Of a stretch of 64,000 nt of DNA, positions 62,976 through 64,000 are shown piece after piece. Position 1 is the stretch's first letter. Each line of letters opens with the position of its first letter. A program made the position numbers and the translations under genes. The DNA is from an uncultured virus (IMG/VR IMGVR_UViG_3300025646_000023) (Duplodnaviria; Heunggongvirae; Uroviricota; Caudoviricetes), in IMG/VR virus record IMGVR_UViG_3300025646_000023. One strand, 5' to 3'. The notes beneath the pieces were generated by a model. The model had not been told where the DNA came from. It made no database searches and worked only from the letters and a program-made list of their open reading frames with translations.

Positions 62976-63046
62976 GCTGTGATGCCCTTACAGCCTCATC
63001 TGATTGCCTCTCTCAACGTTTACCGTCACTTCCACCACTGTTTAAC

Positions 63047-63268
63047 ATGTCACTTCTCAACAACATCCTCAAAGTCACTTTCGTTGGAGCTGCTGTTGTC
63101 GGCAGCACTGTCGCTTATGCTCGTCTCAGTGATGAGCAGAAGGATAAAGTTCAACAAGGTATGAATAAGCTACGCCGCAAAGTAGCTGACTTCATTACTC
63201 CAGATGATGGAGTTTATACCTTACCGAAAGAGATCGAAGAAGAGCTCAATGCTCTGATCACCGAGTGA
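63047..63268 (+). CDS. small early membrane-anchored protein
   Basis: ORF track. Confidence 0.6.
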   Translation: MSLLNNILKVTFVGAAVVGSTVAYARLSDEQKDKVQQGMNKLRRKVADFITPDDGVYTLPKEIEEELNALITE

Positions 63269-63338
63269 TGGTCACCCGAAGGGAAGCTTGCTTCCTTTCC
63301 TGTGATCTTCATGATCACATCATTCCTACTTTCACACC

Positions 63339-63563
63339 ATGGAATCTTTCATCTACGCCAAGGACAACGATGGTTATCTCGTCACCATTCGCGGTGACTT
63401 TGCAGAGATGACCAAGGTTGACCTGGATCGACATGTCTCCAAGTACATTCGCTTGGAGGCTCCTGTAGAGCATATCCGCTCCTCTGTCAAGAAACTCATT
63501 AGCCAGGGATACAAACTGAGTAATCAGTTGGAACTAAGCTGGCAGCATTTCATTGACGCATAG
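63339..63563 (+). CDS. small early hypothetical protein
   Basis: ORF track. Confidence 0.6.
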   Translation: MESFIYAKDNDGYLVTIRGDFAEMTKVDLDRHVSKYIRLEAPVEHIRSSVKKLISQGYKLSNQLELSWQHFIDA

Positions 63564-63638
63564 AACGAAACCAGGGGGCAGCCACCGCTCCCTCTGGTCG
63601 CTCCCTGACATGGGGAGCCTGATGAGTTCCTGCTTTGC

Positions 63639-63894
63639 CATGAAGAACACCCGCATGTTCAGCGTTATCGACGCCCATCGTGAATGCTTTCCTGCATACA
63701 TCGCAGTGATGTTAGGCACCAGCCTTGGTTTCCTTGGCTGTATAGGCCTTAACAAAGCAATTAACCACAGAGTATTAGCAACTTGTAACCGCAACTTACA
63801 TCAAGTTGTGTCTATTAAAACAGTCGTAGGTGATAGCTACGGCTGTGTATCTCGGATGGTTGTAAGTGGGCCTTCCGCTTCGCTTAAACCATGA
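63639..63894 (+). CDS. small early membrane protein; start uncertain
   Basis: 3' part of ORF 63553-63894 from MKNTRMF; one TM helix. Confidence 0.5.
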
Positions 63895-64000
63895 GAAAGA
63901 TTTTATTTGATTCATTGATGTTAACCATCATTTTCCTGTTCTTTTGTCTCTAAATGGAAGACCTAATGTATGCCCACGATGACGTGTGGCTTCTTCTCCA

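Larger units (their letters stand above)
62060..63602 (+). repeat. five dispersed 17-bp direct repeats, consensus cgctcccttcggtcgct
   Basis: Copies at 62060, 62092, 62180, 62465 and 63586. Confidence 0.85.

Noticed and set aside
62060..63602. 17-bp repeats as a CRISPR array
   Set aside because: Too short, with very irregular spacing (15 to over 1000 bp) and no cas operon; the PD-(D/E)XK nuclease is a common phage replication gene
1..64000. Alternative genetic code or stop-codon recoding
   Set aside because: Core genes are full length in the standard code, and no suppressor tRNA is present

Overview
The window is a large part of a tailed dsDNA phage genome, most likely a cyanophage. The host inference rests on two NblA-like genes, a Dps gene and several small proteins of types I associate with cyanophages; I cannot assign a genus. 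About 1-22.6 kb is mostly + strand early/replication genes: dCMP deaminase, SSB, putative recombination protein, Gp157-like protein, PD-(D/E)XK exonuclease, primase-polymerase/SF3 helicase, HNH proteins, an adenine MTase-like protein and a DUF3310-like protein. About 22.6-61.9 kb is an almost entirely - strand late region with TerS/TerL, portal, scaffold, major capsid protein, many probable internal virion proteins, tail fibres and lysins. Two + strand tRNAs (Leu-TAA, Pro-TGG) sit inside it. About 61.9-62.5 kb is a repeat-rich non-coding strand-divergence zone, probably a terminus or packaging region, followed by small + strand early genes. No integrase, DNA polymerase, reverse transcriptase or CRISPR array is visible. 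The most unusual features are: (i) a ~240-bp gap-free degenerate palindrome at 17.1-17.3 kb; (ii) three related Gly/Gln/Lys/Arg low-complexity proteins plus a Tyr/Asp-rich insert in the scaffold, a possible condensate-forming system; (iii) short motifs (FLxx[FY], and a C-terminal P..A..V[ND]YF tail) shared by otherwise unrelated late proteins, possible capsid-targeting signals; (iv) a circularly permuted M23 peptidase; (v) several structured intergenic RNAs. All functional calls come from motif recognition by eye, not database searches.
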